Below, piece after piece: positions 7,999 to 17,485 of a stretch of 64,000 nucleotides of DNA. The notes under the pieces are model-generated. The model ran no database searches. It was not told the origin of the DNA and saw nothing but the letters and a program-made list of their open reading frames with translations. Numbering within the stretch: position 1 is the stretch's first letter; the number at the start of each line of letters is the position of its first letter. The stretch is taken from sequence record OP991903.1. One strand, written 5' to 3'. Made by a program: the position numbers and the translations under genes.

Positions 7999-8499
7999 AT
8001 GGAAATGATGCTCGCTCGTTCGAAAGCCCCGTTAGATGACCAAGCCTACCAAGATTTTTTGACGTGGTTACAAGGTGGTAAGTTAGATGGCGTGACAATC
8101 CAGTCGGGCGCAATGAATACTTCGCTAGGCAATATCAGCCGTCCGCTGAAGATTGTTTGTAACCAGAATCCTAGTGGGACAATGTGGGGTTCGCCGTGGA
8201 ACACTAAGGTGACATACGACTCCAATCAGGGGCGCGTTATTCAACATTGCTTCCCTGACGTCGACACCATGAACGAAAACATTCTCAAACAACGGACGGT
8301 GTTGTTTAACTGGATATACCAAGGTAGCTATTCCTCATACGCCTCCGTTAACCGTAATGGGTACGCCTCGGTCGCCTACGGTACTTTTAATGGCGGCGGG
8401 TCGAACATCTTCATTTACTTCGACGCCAAGACGAAACGGATGATGCAATTGATGCCCTCGGTGGGCGGAACCCCGACTGTGTGGACCCCACCTAATTAA
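7999..8499 (+). CDS. hypothetical protein (possibly late/virion-associated)
   Basis: Start likely ATG 7999 (GGGAG RBS); TATG late-type motif at 7943. Confidence 0.6.
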   Translation: MEMMLARSKAPLDDQAYQDFLTWLQGGKLDGVTIQSGAMNTSLGNISRPLKIVCNQNPSGTMWGSPWNTKVTYDSNQGRVIQHCFPDVDTMNENILKQRTVLFNWIYQGSYSSYASVNRNGYASVAYGTFNGGGSNIFIYFDAKTKRMMQLMPSVGGTPTVWTPPN

Positions 8500-8515
8500 G
8501 AGAATAAAAGAGAAT

Positions 8516-8550
8516 AAAGAGAGGAGCATTGCGCTCCTCTCTTTTTTTTT
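8516..8550. terminator. bidirectional terminator between convergent genes
   Basis: AGAGAGGAGC-ATT-GCGCTCCTCTCT flanked by A-rich and T-rich tracts. Confidence 0.75.
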
Positions 8551-8554
8551 TGCT

Positions 8555-10738
8555 CTATCCGCGGTCACCCTTCGACAATGCCGAAAGAATCATCCCACGG
8601 TTCCCGTCAAATAACGCATTGACGCGCGAACTGACGGAGAACCACTTATCGAAGCTGCTCATGTTCGCATACCAGTTACGCTTGAGCTTGTCCATCTTGT
8701 ACACCTGCTCGGACAGGCCACATGAGGCCAGTACTGCGGTGTAGTCAGAGAAGGACGAGTCTTGCGGGAACAGGAGTTTGTTCCAGGAGGTAGGGTCGAT
8801 GACCTGCCACCCAGAGACTTCGTTCATCGGCATGTGCATGACAGAAGACAAGTCCATGATGGTCACACGAATGTCAACCCCACGGTACTTACCGTCCGAG
8901 CTCCACGGGGCGTTGGTGACGCCACGGGTAATCTGGATATCTTTAATCATCCCCAGACGACACTGACCACGACCACGGCAATACCACTCACACAGGAACG
9001 GTGCGTTGTAAGACTGCGTACCGGTTGAGCGCGGTAAGCCACCTGCCAACAACATGATGGCCGGGAGAATCTCACACTGGAAGCGAGAGAGGTCATTACC
9101 GTACGGTGCGCGCAACTGTAGGTCGAATGACATTTCCTGGAACGACGCTGACGACTCATCGTAGTGTTTCGGGATATCAACGAAGGCGTTACCGGCCAAT
9201 GCCCCCAAACCTGCAATCTGCATGGACTGCGCAAAGGACGAGGCTGCATCCTTCACAAAGTTCACCACGGTTTCCATCCCCGGGATATTGGCGATGTTAC
9301 CGTCCGCAAAAGCGTTACGCATGTTACGGTTAGATGCAGAGGTGGAGTTAATCGCAGACGCCAGCGTAGAATCACGCGCGCTGTTGGAGAACGATTCCGA
9401 TACCGATGGACGACCATCAATACGGAAGGTCACCCACATGGAACCGTCGCGCTGTGCCCCTTTGAACGTTGCGTAAGCAGAATCCACATCAGCAATCGAA
9501 CCGAAGTAGTCTGATACCGTTTCGTACGCAGAGACCAGCAAGTTCTGGTCACCCCCGCCCTGCGCCTGTAAGGCTGCCTGTTCGGTTGGAGACTTCGCGG
9601 TGTTCTCTGGGTTCGCTGTTGGTGCCGTGTTCGCCTGAGCAGGCGTAGCGGGCGCTGTAACGGTGGTCTGAACCCCTTCTTCCCCGGAACCGTCCGCTGA
9701 CTGCGTCATGTTCGCATTCAACTTCCCATCCACACCATTGTAGTACGCATTCAGGAAGTCTTCCGTCGTAGCGTAAGTAATGGTGGAGTTCTGGTTGATG
9801 TCACTTGACGCCCCGTTGTTCATCCACTTACGAATCCCCGAGATAACCCCGTTCGCAGTTCCCTGGTTTGCCTGAGCAATGCGGTTCACCCCTTCATTGA
9901 AGGCGTTCGCCAGACGCTGTGCACGGGTTGCCACCGAATAGATGTCAATCCCCGTTAGCACATTACCTTTGCCGTCCTTCGTCTTGTAGATGTCAGGAAG
10001 CATCTTGGCGTACATGTCGCGCTCATCCCCGGCAATGCGGAAGGCATCGTCGGCAGCAGACTTCACTTTCTCGTAATCCAGTTTCCCGGAGTTACCTGGC
10101 GTCATCCCCGCCTGCTCAGCAAACTTCATCCAGCTGGAAGAAGAACCGGCAGTTAGCTCCATGTTGGCGGCCACGGTGTTGGCGAAGTCGTTCACGTATT
10201 TCCAGTAGGTTCCCATCATTGGCTTCAGGTACATGAAGCGCGTTGACGTGGTGCCTGCAAAGAACTTCAGCGTAGACCCCACCAGAATGAACGGGAGCAT
10301 ACGCAGCGAGAACGCCCAACCCAACGCCTTACCGATAAAGGAACCGATGCTCCAGGAGCGACCTGTACGCACCAGACGAGAATCATCTGCGTTGTAGAAG
10401 TTACCAAAGAAGCTGGTCAAACTGTTGTACACCGGAATACCAAAGCGAATGTGCAACAGGTTAGCCGGGTCATCAATCTTCTCACTGTACCAACGGCCCA
10501 TCCCGGGAGCGTACGGCATGTCCTTCTCACGGGACAACAGGTCCATGAACCGAGGTGCCACCGGGTCGGCGTTATCACAGAACTGCGGAGGCGGGTTCAT
10601 GGCGAAGTTCCCGCCCAGCGTGGTATCGGTGAACTTGTAATACGCCGAGGTGTAGTTTCGGTAGTACGTGTCTTCCGGATTGAAGGCATTGCGTGGGAGT
10701 AGGTTACCCTGACGTACCCAACTGCTGTCAGTTATCAT
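8555..10738 (-). CDS. virion tail structural protein (phiKZ gp182-like by synteny)
   Basis: 727 aa, directly downstream of tape measure; conserved position in phiKZ-like genomes. Confidence 0.7.
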   Translation of the reverse strand: MITDSSWVRQGNLLPRNAFNPEDTYYRNYTSAYYKFTDTTLGGNFAMNPPPQFCDNADPVAPRFMDLLSREKDMPYAPGMGRWYSEKIDDPANLLHIRFGIPVYNSLTSFFGNFYNADDSRLVRTGRSWSIGSFIGKALGWAFSLRMLPFILVGSTLKFFAGTTSTRFMYLKPMMGTYWKYVNDFANTVAANMELTAGSSSSWMKFAEQAGMTPGNSGKLDYEKVKSAADDAFRIAGDERDMYAKMLPDIYKTKDGKGNVLTGIDIYSVATRAQRLANAFNEGVNRIAQANQGTANGVISGIRKWMNNGASSDINQNSTITYATTEDFLNAYYNGVDGKLNANMTQSADGSGEEGVQTTVTAPATPAQANTAPTANPENTAKSPTEQAALQAQGGGDQNLLVSAYETVSDYFGSIADVDSAYATFKGAQRDGSMWVTFRIDGRPSVSESFSNSARDSTLASAINSTSASNRNMRNAFADGNIANIPGMETVVNFVKDAASSFAQSMQIAGLGALAGNAFVDIPKHYDESSASFQEMSFDLQLRAPYGNDLSRFQCEILPAIMLLAGGLPRSTGTQSYNAPFLCEWYCRGRGQCRLGMIKDIQITRGVTNAPWSSDGKYRGVDIRVTIMDLSSVMHMPMNEVSGWQVIDPTSWNKLLFPQDSSFSDYTAVLASCGLSEQVYKMDKLKRNWYANMSSFDKWFSVSSRVNALFDGNRGMILSALSKGDRG

Positions 10739-10757
10739 TGCTTGTTACTCCGTTGCT

Positions 10758-10786
10758 AAAAAGGAAGGGGGGAGTTTCCTCCCCCT
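10758..10786 (-). terminator. intrinsic terminator (minus strand)
   Basis: GGGGGAG-TTTC-CTCCCCC with A5 on its left. Confidence 0.55.
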
Positions 10787-10790
10787 ATAG

Positions 10791-13700
10791 TTAACCGCCG
10801 CGTTTTGTACTGAACGGCAGGGCACCGCTACCATTCTGACCTAACCCCGACTTAATCGGGATATCGTTCATGGTGCGTTCTGCGGTGGACGGATTCTTCG
10901 ATTCCCCTTTCTTCTCGTTCGCGCCGCCAAAGAGGCCGCCTTCGGAGATGATTTTCACCAGCTGTTTCAGTTGGGTCAGGGAGTCGTTCTGCACGCCATA
11001 CGATTTCTCTAACCATTCCACAGCCGACCCTGTGGCTTTCGCCTGTTCGGTTACCGCCTGCTGCGTTTGACGTACTTGATTATTTTCAATCACACTACGC
11101 GCCACTTGCAGACGTTTGTGGTCAACGACCTCAGCCGATGGGTTGGCTTGCGGTTGCATCGTTGGGTTAGAGGCACTCATTCCTTTCAGGTTCTGTAGAC
11201 CGCGTCCGCTTCCCGTAGGAATTGGGTCGGTTGCAGCATTCGCGATAGACGGTACAGTTTCCTGTCCGCCAGCGGCTCCTCCTTTCGGAGAAGTGACTGA
11301 ATTGGCAATTGAGTCGTATGGGTTTGCTGCTTTAGCAGCTTGTGACAACGGTGGGGTCGTTTCCTGTCCACCGCCTGCCTGTACCTGTCCACCCGGGTTC
11401 TCGGAAGCTCCACGGTCAGACAGTGGGATGTCACCACCGCCATTCAGAATCTGTCGCCACTGGTTAGTCTTCAGAATACGGTCATCCATTCCGTTCGGCA
11501 TCCGGTCTTCGAACCAACCGTTCACCGCACGTGCTACGCTCAGAACATCGAACTTCGCACGCTTCTGTCGAATCATCGGAATGACTCGGTCTTGCCAGTA
11601 GGCCACTGCCAGTTTGTTGGCGTTCTCTGGAATCTCTGCCAGCTCAGGGTGATTCAACAAGTCGAGACCGGTCAGTTTCCCGTAGTGAGCGTAGTTGTTA
11701 CGCCCGGTCAACTGAATCCAACCACGACCTTTAAACCGCTCCCCGTCGCCAGGTTGAGTGTTCCCGAGGTTCTTGTTGTTCTCGTACTTCGCGCCCGACC
11801 CTTTCTCCAGTGTTGCAGAGAAGTTACCGGACTCGTGTGCGAGCGTTCCCATGAACAACGCCAACTCTTCTCCAGCAATCCCGTTCGCCTGTGCAAACTT
11901 CATTGCCGTGTCCGCGTGCTGTTTGGCTGAACCCGAGAGTTTCACCTTCGGCACATTACCGGACCCGTACATCCCGCCGGTCCCTGCGGACTCAAACGAG
12001 GTACCGTATGCACCCCCAGTCGGAATCCCTTGGTACCCTGATGTGTTTCCTGTGGCTTTCGCCATGTCCGCCATCAGGTTGTTCACCCGACTGGTTAGCT
12101 CAACACGACCTTTATCGGAGAGTGCATTGACTTTTACGCCCGTGTACTTCTCACGAATAGCTCGTGCTGCGGCTTCCGACTCTTGGTACTGTTCTTTCTC
12201 TTGCGCTTGCTTGAAGACTTCCAGGTTCTTTTGGATAACCGTTCCGTCCGTTCCTGCGGTTTCTCCAGGGAATGGAGACACCTTAACTGCCCACACGCTG
12301 ATGCGTTGGCCGTTAACCGTTGCACGGGCATCGGAAACGAAGTTGGCAATCTTCAGGAGGTCAGCCGCTTTGTACGACTGCCACGCGGTGAAGACGTCCT
12401 GGTTCGGGTTAATCTTCTTGGTCTGCGCCACAAAGTTCAGGAACGCTGGGAGGAAGCGGTTCTGGAACCACGTCGTCCACGTAATACGGGCATCGGTATC
12501 ACCAAAGCCCAGACTGAACTTCGCACAGTACTTGTTGTACACGTCGTCCGCATTGCCGTTGAAAGACGCCACGCCGTTATTGGCGACAGTGACGTTCTGA
12601 TACATGTCCCGTTCGAACTGCATCAGGGTATCAACGTAAATACGGTCGAGGCTGGTTAAGCCGTACACCTTGAGTCGGATAGAGGTCAGGTCATCAATGC
12701 GGTTGTTCTTCAACAACGCATCGTCCGTTGCCTGGTCACCAGTAATGCGTGCCATGGTCGAACGGTCACCCAACCCACCCATTTGGTCCAGGATACGGTT
12801 GTTTGGTCCGGCCTGGTAAGTGAGCTTCTGTCCTTTGATGACTTTCGCATCCGGGTCAACGGTCGTTGCAGCCAGATAGTTCCCGTTGGCATCGACTGCC
12901 ACTTTCCCTTTCTGCTGTTCCTGCACTTCCTGACGACCACGGTAGGTCTTCTCGTCCTTACCGTATTCTTCGACCACAGCCGCGATAGTTGCATCAACCA
13001 TGGCGGTACCCGTACGACTGGTCTGGTTCGGGAACGGCGACTGCTGCACGTAGTACGGCGATTGACTCGCCGGTGCCTCAATCTTCGTGGCCTTCGCCAG
13101 TTGTGGTTTCAAGCCGTTGTCGTAACTCCCAGACTTCGCGAGGTTTCCTTTCGGGCTCACTTTGTACAGTTCCGACACGTTCTTGATGAAGACCGGTTTA
13201 AAGCGACGGTCAAACCAGTTGGCCCAGTTGTGAACGGTGAATCGTGCAGACGGGTTAACCCCGAAGGCCTGCATCAATTCGCCGAACGGCATCGGTTGCA
13301 ATGTTACACCACCGTTACCGTCAGTCCGGGTATACTTGGAGAGTACCGTTTCCTCGAAGGCGAGGATTTTACCGCACTGCTCTTTGTTCCCCAGGTCTGC
13401 ACCGTACTGCGCCAGACGCATACGCTGCATCAGGTCGAGACGTTCAGAGTAGGCTTTCCACCCTTTGTAGATAAGGTAGGCAGCACCCCCCGCAACAGCC
13501 AGGCCCAGGACAACTGGTGCAGACAGCAGACCACCCGCCATGGAAGCGAGCGCCATCCCACCGCGCAGTAACATCCCGCCACCACCAACCGTCAAGCCTT
13601 TCGCAGCCCACCATGCCCCTTTACCTAACGCACGTGCACCACGACGTAACAAACCGCCACGACCACGACCGCCTGCACCAGAGGCCACATCCGCAATGTC

Positions 13701-16700
13701 ACCTGCCAGGTCAGCGCCCCGTTTTGCCATCAGGAGTTTTGGTAACCACCCAAAGAGTTTCCCGGCAAAGGTCCCGAAGCCCTGCTTGATTCCCATCAGC
13801 ACGCCACCGATGAGTCCGAAGCCATTCTTCAGTAACCCGAAGATACCTTCTTTCTTATCGCCCAGGGGTTTCCCTGCCTGGTAAGCGTGGTACTTATTCT
13901 TTCCTGCTTCGATTTGACGGTTGAGCCAGGAACCCGAACGCTCCTTCAACTGGTCACGGTACTCTGCGGCTTTCTGCGCAGCAACCGACCCTTTGGCCTC
14001 GTCGTACTTGCTCCGACCGAACTTCCACCATTTCCGTCCTTTGGCCACGGCTTCGTCTTTCAGTCGGGACGCCGCTTCACCCACCTTGTTCCCGGTTTCC
14101 TTCAACGCCTCACTCAGGCCTTCACCTAACGGCTTCCCTGAGAACTTGTTGTAGAGGAGGTGGAAGATGCGCTTCAGCCAGTAGGTCTGACCAATCTCCG
14201 GTTTTGTCCCACCCAACAGTTTACCCAGTCCGGTACCGATGCCCTTGATGCCGTTCTTCGCCCAATCCAGCAGACGCTTCGGTGCGTTCCACAACCCTTT
14301 GACTTTATCACGCGCCCAACCGGCTGCATTCTTGAACTTGGTCAAGAGCGAAGTCAGTTTGTTGCCACGTGAGTCGTACAGGCCCCGTTCGATTTCATCT
14401 TTGGAGATGACCACCTTGCGTTCGCCCGAGATGTTATCGAAAGTGATGATGTCGCCATCAATGTCCCCGAGGGTCTTCAACGGTTTCCCGGTGACGCCGG
14501 AATAGTAGAAGCCACGGTAGAACAAATCACCTTTACAACGAGGGGTGGTTTCACCCAACACGTAGATATCCGGAGGTGCCATCAGGAACTCTTTCGCCCC
14601 CTGCATCCCCTTCTTGATGTTCGCCCACATGCTGGTCACCGGGTTCGTTACCCAACCCATGACGCGACTACCCGCGTTCTTCACTCGACCGATGACACCG
14701 TCTTTGATTTTCTTGCCCAGCGAGTTCAGCAGTCCACCCTGGAACTCTTCTTCACTCAGGACCTGTTTCCCTAAGATGGTGTCGTACACCGCTCCGGTGA
14801 TGTCCTTGATGTTGAAAATCGGTTTCCCGGTCTTCATGTCACGGTAACGACCTTCTGCGAACCCGGCCATATCCAGCGCCCGACGGAACCCGTTGACGCC
14901 CATGACGTAAACATCGCTGCGCAGTGCATCTACCTTGGAACCGAAGTTCTTCAGCTTCTCACTGCCCCAGTTGAACATCTTCCGACCCGGTATCTTCTTC
15001 CTGGCCCAGTTCAGTGCCCGCATCGGGTAGCCGCTGATGTCCCAGATTTTCTTCCCAGCCCAGGTTCCGCCTTTACGTGCACGAGAGAGCGCCCGACGAA
15101 TCAGGGACTTCTTCCGTTCACCGGCACCCCCTGTTGAGGCACCCCCGGTTCCGTTCAAGGTGACACCCTGCTCGAGGATTTCCGCCACTTCATCAATGGC
15201 ATCAATCATGTGCTGGTACATCTCGTGGTCGGTGTGCCCTTTCGGTTCGAGGAAGGTCATCAGTTCATCGGTCTGGTCACGAATCGCTTTAATGATACCG
15301 CGGCCATTTCGGTTACTGATGTTCCCTTCTTTTTCCTCGTGTCCCTTAAAGCGGTCGAACATCCCACCGAACCCACCGGCAGCAGGCGGCGGTGGAGTAG
15401 GGCCACCACCCAGACCGGAGGAGAACCCATTCGCCCCCGCTGCGGGGTTATGGGGGTCGATACGTACACGTTGGCGTTTGTTCGCTAACAGGTCAGCAGA
15501 ACGCTCGTCGTAGTACTTGGTGTTCATGACCCAGTTGGAACCGTCCCAGATAACCAGACCTTCAGCAATCGCCGCTTCCATGTCACCCGAGTTAGTAATC
15601 CCGGTAATAGAAGGACGTAACGCTTTAACCCGGTCCTGGCCCCGCTTGAAGATTTGGGAATCCTGGTCACGCAGGTCGTTACGGGATTTCCACAGGTGGG
15701 CGGAGTACTTCCCGGTTGCCGCATCGTGCTGGAGACCGTAGCGGTCTTTCATCAGGATAGACAACAAACGGTTCCCACGTCCCGTTACACCATCGACACC
15801 TTTATTAGCAATTGCTTCCGGGTCCCAACGGTTAACGCCGTGCATCTCTTTCATCAGGTGACGTTCCAGTACATCGCGGTCTTTACCCCGCAACTTCCCG
15901 GTCGGGTCAATCTGGTCAACGAGCTGTTTGACGTACCCTTGCTGGTCTTCGATGTCGGTGTCATTCAGTGCAGATTTTCGCACCAGTTTCACCGCTTCAT
16001 CGAATTGGACGAAAGCGCCCTTCTGACCGCTGTACACCGTGCGCGGCAAGTTCTCATTGCCCGTTCGCATGATGTCAATGCTATGTAGGATGCGGGAGAG
16101 GTACCCAGGAATGATTTCTTCCAGGGCACGGACTTTACGCATCTCCATGTCATTGTTACCGGTCAAACCGGATAGACCACCGGTACGGACCACACCCCCG
16201 TCGTTATACGACTGGTCGAACGGTTTGAGCGCGCTGTGCAGGAAACCACCGTACTGTTGCTTACGGGCGAGATTCCGCATGTTCGCAGGCAAGTTCGTGG
16301 CAAACTCGTTCGCGTAACCAAAGAGGTTAGAGGCACCCTGACGGTAAGGTAAACGTTTACCAACCCAGGCCCCTGCTCTGGTTCCCACGCGTTGCATGAG
16401 AGACTGCCCGAACAGTTCCAGGGCCATCTCTTTGGGGTCCATCCCCATGTCACGCATTTGCTGCGCCTGCATCTCAATATCGTCAGCCATCTGACGACCG
16501 CTGTCGAAGAAGCCGCGGAACTGCTGCATCTTCTCCTTGGCCATGTCAGCGTAGCCTTTACCGACCTTGCTCATGTAGTTACGCATGAACTCGCCGATGT
16601 TCTCCTGAGCAGCACCAAAGAGACGCTGACGCGCTAAGCGGTGGAAGTGTTCCGACGCTTCTTCTTTGGCAAACTCTGGGAGACCGGTGTTCTTCACGAT

Positions 16701-17444
16701 ATCACGTAAGAGCTGGGAACTTTCCTCGGCGCTCTTGCGGGTAACGTCAAGGATACCGCGAGTGGCGACCAGTTGACGGATTCTGATTTCCAGTGACTTA
16801 CGTTGGTAAGCACGCTGGACCGACATCTGGTAACTGTTACTCTGCACCGTGGCGTTACGGATTGCACTGACCGCATCGAAGATTTTTGACCGGAAGTCTT
16901 CTTGCGACATGCGGTCGATGACTTTCTCCGCCCGCTCCTGATTACGGTCCTGTTGCTGCTGCTGAGCAAAGACTTCACCCAGCTGTGAATCGACAGCTGC
17001 TTGCTCCAGGTCCACTTTCCCTAAATCGGGCCCGGTGTCCTTGTTAGCCAGCAGCTTCTCAATCTTGTCCTGGAACGGGTTAGGAATCAGACGGTTAACT
17101 GTGCGGGTCATCTGCTTAAACGAGTTAAGCGTTGGGCGCAGTTCCGTACTGATGTCCTGCTGCATCTTGCGGAAATCGCCAGAGTAGCGGTCTAAGTTAT
17201 CGAGCGTGGTCGAGAACTCTTTCGGCAGTGCCACCTTAAGGGTGTCGCGCACAAATGCCGGAGTCAGTGCGGTTTCCCCCATTGACTTCAATACAGTTTT
17301 ACCGGAATTCAGTACGGGGTTACGGCTACCGTTACTACTACTTCCGGATGGGTTGAACGTTGTTTCACCGTCATCCCAATCATCATCAAAGTCGAAATCC
17401 ATACCGTAGTCGTCGATATCGACCTTTTGTTTTTTACCAGCCAT
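10791..17444 (-). CDS. tail tape-measure-like protein with C-terminal GH19 peptidoglycan hydrolase (phiKZ gp181-like)
   Basis: 2217 aa from ATG 17444; helical/basic repeats, TM-like Gly-rich segment; GH19 motifs LAHESG..E and DGERFKGRGWIQLTGRNNY. Confidence 0.85.
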   Translation of the reverse strand: MAGKKQKVDIDDYGMDFDFDDDWDDGETTFNPSGSSSNGSRNPVLNSGKTVLKSMGETALTPAFVRDTLKVALPKEFSTTLDNLDRYSGDFRKMQQDISTELRPTLNSFKQMTRTVNRLIPNPFQDKIEKLLANKDTGPDLGKVDLEQAAVDSQLGEVFAQQQQQDRNQERAEKVIDRMSQEDFRSKIFDAVSAIRNATVQSNSYQMSVQRAYQRKSLEIRIRQLVATRGILDVTRKSAEESSQLLRDIVKNTGLPEFAKEEASEHFHRLARQRLFGAAQENIGEFMRNYMSKVGKGYADMAKEKMQQFRGFFDSGRQMADDIEMQAQQMRDMGMDPKEMALELFGQSLMQRVGTRAGAWVGKRLPYRQGASNLFGYANEFATNLPANMRNLARKQQYGGFLHSALKPFDQSYNDGGVVRTGGLSGLTGNNDMEMRKVRALEEIIPGYLSRILHSIDIMRTGNENLPRTVYSGQKGAFVQFDEAVKLVRKSALNDTDIEDQQGYVKQLVDQIDPTGKLRGKDRDVLERHLMKEMHGVNRWDPEAIANKGVDGVTGRGNRLLSILMKDRYGLQHDAATGKYSAHLWKSRNDLRDQDSQIFKRGQDRVKALRPSITGITNSGDMEAAIAEGLVIWDGSNWVMNTKYYDERSADLLANKRQRVRIDPHNPAAGANGFSSGLGGGPTPPPPAAGGFGGMFDRFKGHEEKEGNISNRNGRGIIKAIRDQTDELMTFLEPKGHTDHEMYQHMIDAIDEVAEILEQGVTLNGTGGASTGGAGERKKSLIRRALSRARKGGTWAGKKIWDISGYPMRALNWARKKIPGRKMFNWGSEKLKNFGSKVDALRSDVYVMGVNGFRRALDMAGFAEGRYRDMKTGKPIFNIKDITGAVYDTILGKQVLSEEEFQGGLLNSLGKKIKDGVIGRVKNAGSRVMGWVTNPVTSMWANIKKGMQGAKEFLMAPPDIYVLGETTPRCKGDLFYRGFYYSGVTGKPLKTLGDIDGDIITFDNISGERKVVISKDEIERGLYDSRGNKLTSLLTKFKNAAGWARDKVKGLWNAPKRLLDWAKNGIKGIGTGLGKLLGGTKPEIGQTYWLKRIFHLLYNKFSGKPLGEGLSEALKETGNKVGEAASRLKDEAVAKGRKWWKFGRSKYDEAKGSVAAQKAAEYRDQLKERSGSWLNRQIEAGKNKYHAYQAGKPLGDKKEGIFGLLKNGFGLIGGVLMGIKQGFGTFAGKLFGWLPKLLMAKRGADLAGDIADVASGAGGRGRGGLLRRGARALGKGAWWAAKGLTVGGGGMLLRGGMALASMAGGLLSAPVVLGLAVAGGAAYLIYKGWKAYSERLDLMQRMRLAQYGADLGNKEQCGKILAFEETVLSKYTRTDGNGGVTLQPMPFGELMQAFGVNPSARFTVHNWANWFDRRFKPVFIKNVSELYKVSPKGNLAKSGSYDNGLKPQLAKATKIEAPASQSPYYVQQSPFPNQTSRTGTAMVDATIAAVVEEYGKDEKTYRGRQEVQEQQKGKVAVDANGNYLAATTVDPDAKVIKGQKLTYQAGPNNRILDQMGGLGDRSTMARITGDQATDDALLKNNRIDDLTSIRLKVYGLTSLDRIYVDTLMQFERDMYQNVTVANNGVASFNGNADDVYNKYCAKFSLGFGDTDARITWTTWFQNRFLPAFLNFVAQTKKINPNQDVFTAWQSYKAADLLKIANFVSDARATVNGQRISVWAVKVSPFPGETAGTDGTVIQKNLEVFKQAQEKEQYQESEAAARAIREKYTGVKVNALSDKGRVELTSRVNNLMADMAKATGNTSGYQGIPTGGAYGTSFESAGTGGMYGSGNVPKVKLSGSAKQHADTAMKFAQANGIAGEELALFMGTLAHESGNFSATLEKGSGAKYENNKNLGNTQPGDGERFKGRGWIQLTGRNNYAHYGKLTGLDLLNHPELAEIPENANKLAVAYWQDRVIPMIRQKRAKFDVLSVARAVNGWFEDRMPNGMDDRILKTNQWRQILNGGGDIPLSDRGASENPGGQVQAGGGQETTPPLSQAAKAANPYDSIANSVTSPKGGAAGGQETVPSIANAATDPIPTGSGRGLQNLKGMSASNPTMQPQANPSAEVVDHKRLQVARSVIENNQVRQTQQAVTEQAKATGSAVEWLEKSYGVQNDSLTQLKQLVKIISEGGLFGGANEKKGESKNPSTAERTMNDIPIKSGLGQNGSGALPFSTKRGG

Positions 17445-17485
17445 AAAACTTTCCCTCAACTGAACTCACATGGGGACTCCATAAG

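Noticed and set aside
11116-16978. Many long plus-strand ORFs (e.g. 12783..13571, 11758..12600 alternative frame) over the tape-measure gene
   Set aside because: Shadow or alternative frames of a clearly real 2217-aa gene; no RBS or domain support.
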